DNA from: Eukaryota sp. GEM-RC1
Lineage: Eukaryota
Reading direction: 5' to 3'
Assembly: GCA_040285855.1 (NCBI GenBank)
Contig: JAUFOQ010000006.1
Span: 2,170,001 to 2,234,000, forward strand
DNA length: 64,000 nucleotides
A model generated the notes under the pieces. It ran no database searches. It worked only from the letters and a program-made list of their open reading frames with translations, and was not told where the DNA came from. A program made the position numbers and the translations under genes. This document shows positions 13,030 to 24,620 of this stretch, piece by piece (within the stretch, counting starts at the first letter, position 1; each line of letters begins with the position of its first letter).

Positions 13030-15675
13030 ATGACATCAGAGATTGAAAAGTGGTATCCTTTAGGTGATAAATTCTATGCTGGTCTTAAATTATATGACAC
13101 TTCAGAGTGGTCTACCTTCAACTTCAATGAATGTATAGCAGCTTTCTGTCCCTGTGGTGGTGCAATAGCAATCTGCAGACATCCTACTGCTCTTTCCATG
13201 TCCCCTGGAGTTGACAAAGGTGAAGTGAAAGTGTTTACTGGATCTGGGACTTACATCACTTCTATATCCAATCGAGAAGATTCCTCCATGATACGTGCCA
13301 TTGGATGGACAAATGATGAACAACTTGTTGTGGTTACTTCCCAAGGAACCATCACTATCTATTCTGCTGTTGGTGAACTTATTGACTCCTTCTACTTCCC
13401 TGACAACATGGTTCGTGAAGGTATCATTCATGCTGTTGTTTGGTCAACTGGTGTTGCTGCTTTATCCTATGCCCTTGATGGTACCATTGCTGGAGGAATG
13501 TTCAACTCCTTCAGCAGAGAAGGTCGCTTTTTCCAAGACTTTGCCCCAACGTTCCTCACTTCTTCTCCCACCACCTTCTCTTACATTGGCAACACCACCA
13601 CCGATGGCTACACCTTCGTCATTGGTCCTGATCACGGTGGAGTTGCCATCCTCTCTCTTCTAAACTTCTCCACCCTCGAACATTTGATTGATCTTTCTAA
13701 TGATCCAGTTGACTTCTGCGCTCGTTCTGTTTCTGAAGATAAACCATTTCTAGGTCTAGTCTCTCGGTCAGGCAGAATACTCGTGACCAGTCTTGACTTC
13801 TCAAGAATTCTCTTAGACACTACAACCTCTGTAATTGGTTGCTCCTCCACTCCCACCTCTCTTGCTTGGATTGGAAACCAAGCTTTGTCTGTTGTTTTTG
13901 AAGATGGATCTCTCGGAGTAGTAGCTGTTCATAATGGAAACACCGTCTTCCACGTGTTTGATTATTTTAACCCCCTTCTAATTGGCTCTGAGATTGATGG
14001 GTTACGTGTTGCTTGTTTGAATTCCATTGACTTCATTTGTAAGGTTCCAAAGGTGGTTGAAGACACCTTTAAGTTCGGATCAGTTTCTCCCACTGCTCTT
14101 CTTTACGAAGCTTTCTCTTCATTTGAAGACAATAGAATGGATGCTGATGAGATTGTACGGTGTATCGGATCCCAACACCTCTACGATGCTTCTAATGGTC
14201 TAATTGAGGCTGCAGGGTTTGAGTTTAACGTGGAAAGGCAAAAGAAGTTGTTAAAGGCGGCAAAGTTTGGACTATTGTTTCTTTTGGGAGAACAACTTGA
14301 AACTGAGAATTTAGTTGACTGTTGTAAAAAATTAAAAGTTGTTAACCATTTGAAAACAGAGAAGACTATTGGATTTTCAATGACAATGAAAGAGTTTAAT
14401 TATTTAACTGAAGAGACATTGGTGAAAAGGCTTTGTATGAGACAGCAATATGGACTGGCTTTTGAGCTAGCAGTGTTTTTAAATCAATCAACACGTGTGG
14501 TTCATTTTGTTTTGACCGATTGGGCTGTTCAAAAGGTCAAAAAGTCTGCTGATAACATGACGTTTAGTTCGCTCTCTAATGTAATCAGATCACATGTTTC
14601 ATCTCTCTCCAAAGGTGTTTCTCTATCACCAATCGCTTTGATTGCTTTTGACCTGGGCCATAATGACTTGGCAGTCGATTTGATCTCTCACGAGGAAGAT
14701 CCCGTTGCCCAGGTATCAACTCTACTAGAAATGAAACGCTTTGACAATGCAATGAAAGTTGCTTGTGAAGTTGCTGACGTCAGTCTTTTGTTTAGGGTTT
14801 TCCTCTCAGTAATGGAAGCTGATTCAAGACTTTTAAGACAAGGTCAACCAGTACTCCTTCCTAATTTACTTAGGGAATACTCACTTGGAGGTCAGTTGTT
14901 TGGAAGTTTGTATAAACAAGTGGTTCTCAGTAGAATGGGGACTCAACGTGAGGTTTTCTCTGATTTCTTTTCTGATTTTGACCTAAAACAACTGTTTCTA
15001 GATCAGGGTCAGCCGGAGAATGCCGCCATTTTCCTTCTTTTAAGGTCCTTTTATCACGTGTCTGTTGACGAAAGAGCTAGAGAACTGTCATCAGCCAATG
15101 TTCTACTGTCGACCTGTCTCTCACACCTCCCTCCAGTAACTTCCACTCACATCAACAAGTATTCATTGGAATTCTGTGCTAAAGTCATTGGGGATTTAAT
15201 CAAGTGGTATACTCATGACACCCTTTTCTTCGACCACAAAACTGTTAATGAAGCCTTTAGATTCCAGTCATCTCTTGGAAATCTGGGTAGTTGTAAAACC
15301 ATTAGCAAGCTCTATGAAATCAACGACAAGAAGTCCACGTGGTTACGACTCAGATCAAATGCTAAGGATAGAAACTGGTCTGGTTTGAATGATTTAGCCT
15401 TTAATGTGTGTAGAGGGAAACCTGCCATAGGGTTTGCTCCTTTTGCTGAGGTTTGTATTGAAGAGAATGCGTTTGATGAGGCTGTTAAGTACATATCACG
15501 TATTACTGACCCAGTGGAACGTGTTGATTTGTTTTTGAGGTGTAAGCGCTTTGATGCTGCCAGGCAGTGTATGAGTTCAATCAAGGATCCATCTAAATTG
15601 ATGGTGGTTAAGAATAGAATTTCGATAAAAGACCACAAAAGTCATCTTTTGCTGGATGAAATGATGGGCTTGTAA
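13030..15675 (+). CDS. VPS16: Vacuolar protein sorting 16 (HOPS/CORVET)
   Basis: 'W.PLG..FY', 'CPCGGAIA', 'GWTNDEQLVVV', 'EIDGLRV', 'AAGFEF....QKKLLKAAKFG' and 'IGFAPFAEVC'. ATG at 13030. Confidence 0.92.
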   Translation: MTSEIEKWYPLGDKFYAGLKLYDTSEWSTFNFNECIAAFCPCGGAIAICRHPTALSMSPGVDKGEVKVFTGSGTYITSISNREDSSMIRAIGWTNDEQLVVVTSQGTITIYSAVGELIDSFYFPDNMVREGIIHAVVWSTGVAALSYALDGTIAGGMFNSFSREGRFFQDFAPTFLTSSPTTFSYIGNTTTDGYTFVIGPDHGGVAILSLLNFSTLEHLIDLSNDPVDFCARSVSEDKPFLGLVSRSGRILVTSLDFSRILLDTTTSVIGCSSTPTSLAWIGNQALSVVFEDGSLGVVAVHNGNTVFHVFDYFNPLLIGSEIDGLRVACLNSIDFICKVPKVVEDTFKFGSVSPTALLYEAFSSFEDNRMDADEIVRCIGSQHLYDASNGLIEAAGFEFNVERQKKLLKAAKFGLLFLLGEQLETENLVDCCKKLKVVNHLKTEKTIGFSMTMKEFNYLTEETLVKRLCMRQQYGLAFELAVFLNQSTRVVHFVLTDWAVQKVKKSADNMTFSSLSNVIRSHVSSLSKGVSLSPIALIAFDLGHNDLAVDLISHEEDPVAQVSTLLEMKRFDNAMKVACEVADVSLLFRVFLSVMEADSRLLRQGQPVLLPNLLREYSLGGQLFGSLYKQVVLSRMGTQREVFSDFFSDFDLKQLFLDQGQPENAAIFLLLRSFYHVSVDERARELSSANVLLSTCLSHLPPVTSTHINKYSLEFCAKVIGDLIKWYTHDTLFFDHKTVNEAFRFQSSLGNLGSCKTISKLYEINDKKSTWLRLRSNAKDRNWSGLNDLAFNVCRGKPAIGFAPFAEVCIEENAFDEAVKYISRITDPVERVDLFLRCKRFDAARQCMSSIKDPSKLMVVKNRISIKDHKSHLLLDEMMGL

Positions 15676-15884
15676 TTTTTTCATGTATAAATATTTATTA
15701 TTATTTCTGTTGATGCATGATTTCCCATGAATTACTTACATATTACTTGTATTAATACTCTGCTTAAGATTCTATGTAACGAGTGAATTTTTAAATAGAA
15801 AACATTTAAAGAACAGAAACAGTTCGATAGGAACAAGAAATGGAACTCAATATCATTAAAGCTAAACCTGTCAACGACATACAT

Positions 15885-16450
15885 CTAATAATCAATATCC
15901 TCAAAGTCCAGATTGCCTATCTGGAAATTCTCACCTACCTTATCCTCATAATTTCTGCCAAGAGACAATAAAGGACTTTTCCAAAATCTAAGATCAAAAG
16001 TCTTAGATGTTTTTCTTTTACAATCTTCACAAAGATTTCAAGTAATGATGTTGCAGATTGATGCTTCTGATTTAGTTGCACTTTTTAAAAGAACTGCAAA
16101 AACAACATGTCCATATCAACTTCCATAGTCGTAACGTACTGGTACATGTTCTTCAAACAATCCTGTTGTTGTGTATAGAATCTTTCCTTGAAAGAAAGAA
16201 GGACCAAGGACAGGTCCAATTTTGAATCATATTTCAGAACTTTCTTGGAGTGCAATTGTTTGTGTCACAAATATTTGAGTTCGTTTACAAGGAAGTAGAC
16301 CTACAGAAAAGACTGTAATTTATGCATTATAAAAACCAAAAGTGGTATTCGTTAAGTAACTTACATCCACATACACAACATTTATGATTTTCCAACAGTT
16401 TCTTGCTGGAATGATTGTGACTTATCCAAATTACAGTACACAAACATTCA
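15885..16450 (-). mobile_element. Degenerate CRE-like non-LTR retrotransposon 3' fragment
   Basis: Minus strand reads 'RKTSKTFDLRFWK...LLSLGRNYEDKVGENF...FEDIDY*', similar to the C-terminus of the 39.4/49 kb elements ('KRFDHVLW...LLAVSSLYEDKA'). Upstream 'KCCVCGCKL' is zinc-knuckle-like. Confidence 0.55.
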
Positions 16451-16549
16451 GTTTCAGTTTCATGAAAGAATAAACGACTACATGTACTTCAATGTATCTC
16501 TTTACAGGACGACGAAGTTCTTCAAGATCTCAAACTACAGATTTTGTTG

Positions 16550-17070
16550 CTACATGATCATTCTAGAACCAGTAATGGTGTTCTTCGGTTGTTCCTTTTC
16601 AAAAATTACCTTGATCAGTATCATTGCGGATTTTTTCGGATCATCCGGTGGAACTGCTACACTTGATATGTACTCTTTGTGAGAATTGAACAAAGAAAGA
16701 GACGAGTCTCGGCGTTTAATGACAGCTTGACATTGAGCACGGATCTGCTCCAGATCCGGATACTTCGTTCGGTAGCAGGTCCAGAGAGCATCTATTGAGT
16801 CTTGGAGGTAACGACGGCGGAACTCAGTTGGCCGCATATGATTATTGAGCGCAAAGGTGTAGGTCAAATATCAAAATTCCACTCTACAGATTTGGATACG
16901 TCACTGTTGGATGATTGACACGTGCAACCTGGATAAATTGACCCTTTGAAACACTGTAGGAACTGAGAAGCCCTCCCATCGTCAGTATTTTTGCATGTTT
17001 TGGGTGTCAAAGCCAGTAAATGGACTTCAAACTGTGCCAGCAATTGATGACAAGTCAATTTTGTTTTCAA
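16550..17070 (-). other. Possible frameshifted hypothetical ORF or retroelement 5' remnant
   Basis: Two abutting ORFs (16864..17070, 16550..16867) can be joined by one missing T. No clear ATG and no family recognised. Confidence 0.25.
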
Positions 17071-17104
17071 TTATTTTCCACTTCACACCACCAAATTTCC
17101 CCCA

Positions 17105-18319
17105 ATGAAACTTCTTTTTGTTCTTGGTCTGTTGTTAGCAGCAGTTCTGGGTCAGGTCTATTTCAAAGACGACTTCTCCAACACCGACAATTGGGTTGCC
17201 TCACAACACCAAAATGGTGAATTCAAACGAGTTCTACTCAATGACGACGTCAAGGACCAATATGGTATCAAAACCAACAAGGACGCCAGGTTCTATGCCT
17301 ACTCCGCTAAATTCGAGCCATTCACTAACAAAGATAAGGACCTTATTGTATCATACCTAGTGAAACACACCCAAGAGCGTGTTTCCTGTGGAGGTTCTTA
17401 CATTAAACTGTTAGGAAAGGACCACGACCCCAAAACCTTTAGTGGAAACTCTGACTATTTATTGATGATTGGACCCGACCAATGTGGTTCAACCAAGAAG
17501 ATTCACTTCATCTTTTCCAAGGACATCCCCGGAAACGAAGAAAAGAACGTAAACTGGAACCACCTCGACAACCACAGACTCCGCCCTCCCACTGATAAGA
17601 AGAGTCATGTTTACACCTTCAGAATCACTCCCAATAATGAGTATGAAGTTTATATTGACAAACAGCTAAAACAATCCGGCTCTCTAACCGCTGACTTCAA
17701 CTTGTTACCTCCTAAGGAAATTGATGACCCTGAAAACATCAAGCCCGCTGACTGGGTTGACGAGCAATACATCCATGACCCCTCTGACACTAAGCCTGAA
17801 GACTGGGAAGAAGAGTTCATCGCTGACCCCGAAGCAGTTAAACCTGAAGAATGGAACGAGGAAGAAGATGGTGAATGGGCCGCTCCTTTAATCACTAACC
17901 CTGAGTACAAACCCTGGACTCCCAAGAAGATTAAGAACCCCGAATTCAAGGGAAAATGGGTCCAAAAGAAGATTCCCAATCCTGATTATGATGATTCTAT
18001 AGCAGAAAACCTTTATGTTTTTGAAGAGATCTCTGGTGTTGGCTTTGACCTGTGGCAAGTTGACTCTGGAACTGTCTTTAGCTCCGTAATTGTTGCTGAC
18101 GATCTTCAAGAAGTTTGGGATTTCGTTGATGGAACAGTTGGTAAGTTGAAGGTTGTTGAAGACAAGAGTCATCAAGCAGAAGAAGAACGACGCAGAATTG
18201 AAGATGAAGAGAGAAGAAAGAAATGGGAAGAGGAAAAGAGTAAGGATGAACCTGAAGATGAAGCTGATGAGGAGGAAGTTGATGAAGATGATTTTGATGT
18301 TGACTTTGATGAATTGTAA
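17105..18319 (+). CDS. CALR: Calreticulin
   Basis: Signal peptide, 'CGGSYIKL', 'MIGPDQCG', P-domain repeats (IDDPENIKPADW, KPEDWE, GEWAAPLITNPEYK), 'GFDLWQVDSGTVF', acidic tail ending FDEL. Confidence 0.96.
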   Translation: MKLLFVLGLLLAAVLGQVYFKDDFSNTDNWVASQHQNGEFKRVLLNDDVKDQYGIKTNKDARFYAYSAKFEPFTNKDKDLIVSYLVKHTQERVSCGGSYIKLLGKDHDPKTFSGNSDYLLMIGPDQCGSTKKIHFIFSKDIPGNEEKNVNWNHLDNHRLRPPTDKKSHVYTFRITPNNEYEVYIDKQLKQSGSLTADFNLLPPKEIDDPENIKPADWVDEQYIHDPSDTKPEDWEEEFIADPEAVKPEEWNEEEDGEWAAPLITNPEYKPWTPKKIKNPEFKGKWVQKKIPNPDYDDSIAENLYVFEEISGVGFDLWQVDSGTVFSSVIVADDLQEVWDFVDGTVGKLKVVEDKSHQAEEERRRIEDEERRKKWEEEKSKDEPEDEADEEEVDEDDFDVDFDEL

Positions 18320-18569
18320 TAGATTTTGTAAAAGTTATTTCAAGTACTGTATTTGTATCAATTACATTGTATAACAAGGATCAGGAACTCAGCACTTGAA
18401 TTGAATTATGGAAAAAATCAAACAACTTCTTCATAACTGGGACCATCAAAATTGATCTTTACTTTATCTACCTAGACACAAACATTTTTGCAACCTAATT
18501 CACCTGAGAAAGTACAAAGGAACTCAGAAGAGAGACTTGTTTAATTGAGGAGAACTGGTGTGATTTTCG

Positions 18570-18637
18570 TGATATACAACAGTGATACGATTGGTGAGAT
18601 ATCTGATATACATCAGTGATACGATTGGTGAGATATC
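18570..18637. repeat. 34-bp direct tandem duplication
   Basis: tgatataca(a/t)cagtgatacgattggtgagatatc twice with one mismatch, 33 bp upstream of the ATG at 18671. Confidence 0.9.
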
Positions 18638-18670
18638 AGAAATCAAGGTATTGTCAATTATTTCCTCAAG

Positions 18671-19903
18671 ATGAAGGAAAAGAAGATCTTACAACCGGGA
18701 GAGCGCATAGCCCTAGTCTTACGGTTTCTATGTGGTAACTGCATCTCACCCACTGCATTACTTCCGTTGCTTATTATCATAGTCTCCTCAATAGGGTCAT
18801 TTCTTGCTTTTTATGCTATTCTCACTCAAAACAAGTTTCTAAGCTTCTGTACGTTTGTGGTGGGTTCATTGATTTTTTTATCCTTTTTCTACTTGAGATC
18901 AGGAATCATTGCTTCTTTGAAACAGTCTTATGAAGCATTTCCACCTATTCCAATCTTAGCATGGGTAACACTAATCATTTTCGGCCTCTTTGTTTTCCAT
19001 AATCTCGTGTGGTTTCTTAGTTGGATCGGATCGTTCTACTTGTGGACGTTCTACTTTCCCTACAATGTCAATCCTTTTCGTGTTTTCTATTTCCCTTGTA
19101 GTGGAAGTGACACTTGTTGGCCGTACCAGGACGTACCCTACGGGAAGTTCAATGCCGAATTTTGGGTGTGTTTTGCCATGTTCTTTTCCATTCAAATTCA
19201 CGCTATTGCTCTAAGTTATTTTATTATCATGCAACCAGTCTTTACCATTGTCCAATTAGCTTATATTGCTGTTAAAGACAGATCCAAAGCTGGAACTTTC
19301 TTTGATCAAGATGTTCCTTCGATTCCTATTGTTTTATTGAGACACATCACTGGGATCAGTGTATCGGGGAAATTGTCTTGGGTCATCATCTTTGGTTATT
19401 TTGCCCTTCATATATTCGTCTACTCAATTACTTGGCCGGACCTACAAGTTAAAACCATTCTTCGAGTGCTTTTAGGAGTAATTGGTACTGTAAATCTATC
19501 TATTCTATACTTCTCTAGAAATTCGTTGAAGAAATTACTTTCACATTATCCGTATTTTCCAATGCACGCTTCTTATTGGTCTTTCACTATCATTTCCATT
19601 CTGCTTATTCCATATTCCCTGGCGTGGGCTGGGTATTTATTGAGTGCGTTGTTTTTTTTAATCGACCCCAAAAGCACACGCTTCTTGTTTTTGACACCGG
19701 ACGATGTATCTTGGACACCTACGTTCTGGACCTTGTCACTATCTTTGTTTAATTTTGTGTTGATCCTCGCTTTACTGTTAATTGCTACGTATATTGTCAT
19801 TTCCATCTTCAATAACTTAAAGAACGTGGCCAATAGGTATAGAGATTATGAGGACGAATATCTCAAGGAAAGAAATGATAAGGATGATATTTCTAACGCT
19901 TAA
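18671..19903 (+). CDS. Multi-pass membrane protein (~8 TM), unknown family
   Basis: 410-aa ORF with repeated long hydrophobic segments and a charged C-tail. Confidence 0.75.
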   Translation: MKEKKILQPGERIALVLRFLCGNCISPTALLPLLIIIVSSIGSFLAFYAILTQNKFLSFCTFVVGSLIFLSFFYLRSGIIASLKQSYEAFPPIPILAWVTLIIFGLFVFHNLVWFLSWIGSFYLWTFYFPYNVNPFRVFYFPCSGSDTCWPYQDVPYGKFNAEFWVCFAMFFSIQIHAIALSYFIIMQPVFTIVQLAYIAVKDRSKAGTFFDQDVPSIPIVLLRHITGISVSGKLSWVIIFGYFALHIFVYSITWPDLQVKTILRVLLGVIGTVNLSILYFSRNSLKKLLSHYPYFPMHASYWSFTIISILLIPYSLAWAGYLLSALFFLIDPKSTRFLFLTPDDVSWTPTFWTLSLSLFNFVLILALLLIATYIVISIFNNLKNVANRYRDYEDEYLKERNDKDDISNA

Positions 19904-20284
19904 TGTATACATTCTGATACCAATTTGTTGAATCTGAAGTGATTGTATAGTTCATTAGTAATGTTCGATGCTGTTTTGGGAGTAATCTGCAGTGCTTTTC
20001 TACTGCAATCAGTGATATCCGATTTTCGGAGACATGTGATGCTGGTTATTGAACCTCCACTGTTATTTGTCAAATCGGAGACAAATGTGTCCTACTGTTT
20101 CTAATTGTATTGTTCTAATAATGCTTAAGAATTCATTCTAAAAGGTTGGTTCAAAAGACCGTTATCTAGGGCTTAGCAACTTGATAAAATGCTGAATTGG
20201 AACAGCAATAAAACACTCAAGAAAACACTTGTCTACAGTTGAATCCAGGTTTTCAATCCGGCAAACTGCAGCACACTGTTGCTG

Positions 20285-21103
20285 ATGATTTCTACGCACT
20301 CTTTACCGATACTCATCATTACTCTGACAATTGTGTCACTAACGGCAATCTTTCTTTGGCTATACTTTATATCACCTGAAATTGTAACTGACACCAACTT
20401 GGACAACAGCCGTCGAAGGAGACTTCAACGTGAACTACGACGCAAGAGCTTTCACTTCATCGGTTACATTTACCCCGTTCTGTACTACATCATTATTTCT
20501 ACTAAAATGGGAACAAAACGTGATGTGGTTCTCTTGTCCGCGATCGTTTGTGTAATAGTACAACTACTAGAACTAAACAGGGTCAGTGGACGTAATCCTG
20601 TGACTGCGCTCAACAGAAACTTACTGAGATCAGTATGTAGGAGGTTTGAGTTCTAACAATAGAGTGAACAACGTGAGCTAGCTGCTATATTTTACACTGT
20701 ATTGGGTAATATGTTAACTATTCTTCTCGTAAGTACACCTTCGGCGATCATTGGTCTAACAAATGCTGTGCTCGGCGATCTTACAGCATCGTTAGTGGGT
20801 GTAACATGGGGCAGACACCGTCTGGTAAGGAAAAAGTCTATTGAAGGATCGTTGGGTTGTTTAATTGTGTGTTTTTTGGTAAATCTACACTTCTTGACGT
20901 ATTTCATGTTATTTCCAATAACAAGTGCAATGTTGGTGGCTGGCCTCACTAGTGTAACAACAACGCTGTCAGAGTTGTTCGCCACTGATGGTCTACTGGG
21001 CGATAACCTGATCATCCCCATCTTCACCTCTGTCAGTGGAGACTTTGCTTTAAAAACTCTTCTGGGTATCAAGAGGCCGAATATCTTAAGTCATCGGTTT
21101 TGA
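20285..21103 (+). CDS. CTP-dependent polyprenol/diacylglycerol kinase (DGK1/dolichol/phytol kinase family), 2 exons
   Basis: 'RELRRKSFHFIG', 'LGDLTASLVGVTWG', 'KKSIEGSLGC' and 'DNLIIPI'. Removing the intron at 20633-20662 gives 'LLRS/SEQRELAAIFYTVLG'. Confidence 0.85.
20633..20662 (+). other. Spliceosomal intron, 30 nt
   Basis: gtatgt...ttctaacaatag. Contains the in-frame TAA at 20654; removal restores the conserved reading. Confidence 0.88.
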
Positions 21104-21750
21104 CATCACAATAGCAATCAAATATAAAATCATTTTATAGAGTTTCCCAAAATATGTATATTTCTTCAAGGTTTGACAAATCTCCAGTTCTGTCTGAAAA
21201 AGTTACAATAGTAAAATATATATATATGTTTACAAGAATTTTTCCTGGTTTCCAGTTCAACGATATACAGCTCATTTCTTCTACACATTGATCCCTACGA
21301 TACTCTACACCCCTGTAGGGCACTTCTAAAACGTCGTCTTTCATTCTTTTTAGCAACAAAAAGCATTTTCACATCATTCAAACCGAAAATAGTAACCATA
21401 ATTTGCGTGTTAGAAATCAGACAAAATTCCTAACACGTGTTAACACGTGTTAGCGTTCACTGATTCTAAGAGCCTTAACAGCGACTAGTGCACTTTTCTT
21501 ATTGTCATTTTGATTTCGTTTAGAAGTGAGGTTCATGATTCAGTTAGGGTATGTTGACATACTAGTATGTTACTTGAAAAACGGGGTTTATGATCAGTCA
21601 GTGAAATAAATGCATTTGCATTTGCAGAAGATGATAACTAAACTGTTACTTGAATGGTCGTGTGAAAGTGTCTAAAATCAATATAAATAAGTACTATTAA
21701 AACAAGGTATCAAACAAACTACCCAATCCTGAGAAGTAGTTACCACCAAG

Positions 21751-22849
21751 CAGGGAAGCGAAAAAATATATTGTTATTGTATTTATTGCAATAAATATAA
21801 TAAATATATTTATTGTTGGTCAAAACAATAACATTATGTTTATTATGAGTCCCAGCAATATACAATAATATTGCGATATTATTGATTATTGTGGCAATAT
21901 TTTTAAGCGTTAAAATCATCCATTTGTTTGATGTTATATTCAATTTTGCATCCATTTTTGGAGTAAACAAGATGCATTGTGGGTGCAGTGGTCCTCTGAT
22001 TTAGTAAAAATCGACCTGGACACAAAAATAATAGACTAAACTATTTGTTTACGTCAAATTGTTGACTGTTTGGCTTTTGAACTCATGTAGTTCAACAAAG
22101 TCTAAACGGCAATCAAGAACTGATGACCGTAGGAGTGAGAAACATTCAGTGAAGGACTTTTTGCGTGAGACATACCAGAGCGTTTGGAAAATGTGGCTGA
22201 TTCTCATTAATCCAAATCTCACTACATTGACTTTACACTCAAAACAGGTCCATCCAAGCAAATCGAAGGACTATTTAGTCGTGCTAACGTGACTGCTGAA
22301 ACCCGTCGCACAAGACTACACACATCAAGTCTGGAAAAACAACTTCTATTGATGTATAACTCTAATCTATGGTGAAGATACTGTTCGCAAATGTCTTAAT
22401 ACTAACCCTTGACTTGGTTGTTGGACAATGAAGGCGATTTTAAACGGATGATGGCGAATAGACCACAAATTAAATGAGTCATCGGATTGCACAGAAATAT
22501 TGCCAATAAATATATTTATTTATTTCCAAACTTGACAATACCATATATTTATTGTTGGAAACAACAATAACAATACATTTATTTTCGTCGTGAACAATAA
22601 TTTATATAAATTATATAATTATTTATATTTATTTTTTGCCGTCGCTTTAAACCGCTCTCGGAGCATTTTAGATGGCCGCTTAGTACAGTAATTTATCGTT
22701 CTTTGCTTGTACTTTGTGGAATTTGGCTTTGTGGAGTTGATTGCCAGATAATCTGACCACGTTTAGTTTATTTTGTCATAGACCTTGTTAAATTTAGTTG
22801 CCGCAAATAAATAAGAATTGTTAAATATATATATGTTTTCGCATCCCTG
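21751..22849 (+). mobile_element. Non-autonomous hAT element (1099 bp) with transposase C-terminal remnant
   Basis: TIRs cagggaagcgaaaaaatata / revcomp cagggatgcgaaaacatata. Perfect 8-bp TSD ccaccaag at 21743-21750 and 22850-22857. Internal 'IEGLFSRANVTAETRRTRLHTSSLEKQLLLMYNSNLW' is hATC-like. Confidence 0.9.
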
Positions 22850-22914
22850 CCACCAAGCAACTAAGAATTGAAAAAAAAGGATATTTAGGACTCTTTATGT
22901 CAGATTCCATTAAA

Positions 22915-23025
22915 TTAGAGTTGTGTTCTATTTTTAAAATATGGTGACTTCTCTTTCTCGTGCTTTCTTATCTCTTAAGGTGAGAATTTCCCAATAGGAA
23001 AATACTCTGAGGATATTGAATAATA
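22915..23025 (+). mobile_element. Short CRE-like retrotransposon 3' remnant
   Basis: ggtgagaatttcc..atagg...gaggatattga matches the minus-strand remnant at ~15.9 kb; 'LSRAFLSL' resembles 'ISKALLAV'. Confidence 0.45.
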
Positions 23026-24620
23026 GAGTGTTCATGTTCTAGTACTAGTCCGTGTATTGTTCGAATATAAAAACTATTATATGAAAATACAATCTTATAG
23101 ATTTGTTTAAAAATTTCCAATTGATTACAAATCGATCTAATTCGGGTCATATGTAATAAAATCATAAATATTATTTACCATTTCAGGAATGACCATGGAG
23201 GAATCGCCTGACTCGGGCCCAGGATTCTACATTAAAACTATTCTTTACTAACGGTCTCAAATCTACCACTCCGCATTGAATCATACCTTATTGGGTGACA
23301 GGCAGTCATTTTTTAATTGGCGTTGTTCTACATAAATGTTTGAGTTTAATCTGCCAACATTAGTGAGACAAATGTACTTGCAAGCTCAAAAATACAAGGT
23401 TAGATGATTACTTATATTTGAATCATTACACTAGAGTCAAACATGTGAGTCAGTATACGTCGCAAATAAAACAAAATAAAAAAATATATAAATAGATATA
23501 AATAAAATATCGGAAAGTAAACTTCATTGATCTATATAATACATCGTTTAATTTCGTGCTCAAGGTTGTTGATTGACTTGAAACATGATGTATGAAATAC
23601 TCAAGCTCAGCCCGGAATCAAAGTCAAGTCATTTTCCCTCAAACTTTGCCATTTCTATGTCGAACCTAACCGACGCAGACGAGCCTTAACCTGTGTTCTA
23701 AGCCAATCCCACAACTATATCCGATCGTATGATCAGTGAACGATTCTCATGGTCGTCCACGATGCTGAATATTGAACTACTGTTGAAGGTCCACAGGTGG
23801 TGGCGACACAGTCAGAGCAATTATACGAAGCAGAAAGTCAACTAACCATTTTCGACAAGAAAGGGATGATCAAGTGGATGGTGTAATCATCGATAGTGAC
23901 TGAGAGCAGCTACTAATAAAATATTTTGTTTTTATTTGTGTTTTATTTTGTTTTAATTATATTAATTTCATATTTATTTTTGGCACTTTTTGATGTTCAA
24001 ATTATTTTAAATTATCTTATGAGAGGGCCTGGTATATGACTACACTGTTTGCCTACTACTAAAATTGCGCTTTAATTGTTATCCATTAGTATTCACCTAC
24101 GAAGATGATTCAATGAACTATGACTATGTGATTCACATGATATTTGTGACAATAGAAAAGCATTTATTAGACACTCAATTGTTCATTGCATTCACAAGCA
24201 AATTGCAAAATATCATGTATGTTTTGATGGAACTTGGAATCCCAACAGTATTTCTCGATTAATATTAATTGAGAAGGGTTTGTAATTTATTTATGTGTAG
24301 TCACAGAGAGACTAATTAGACAAACTAGTACAATTGTAGTAGTTGTTTGGACAAAAATGCAATCGATTGCGATATGTGCAGTGGTTATAACTTTCATCAT
24401 ACCTTCAAAGGGCGACCAATCAAAAAGATAGTGAGATGTGTAACAAAAGGACTTTTCACAAAAATTAAAAAATTAAAGATTACAAGATATTTAATACAAA
24501 AAAACAAACACTGGTCGATAACTAACACATACTAACCAACAAGAAATTAAAGAGCATCTCCAAACGTCCAGAATAAACTTACACAATTAAATGAACAAAT
24601 TCACCATCATTAAGAATTTA

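Noticed and set aside
20654..20656. In-frame TAA in the DGK1-like gene suggesting stop-codon reassignment or readthrough
   Set aside because: It lies within a canonical 30-nt GTATGT...CTAAC...TAG intron. TAA, TAG and TGA all terminate other genes here.
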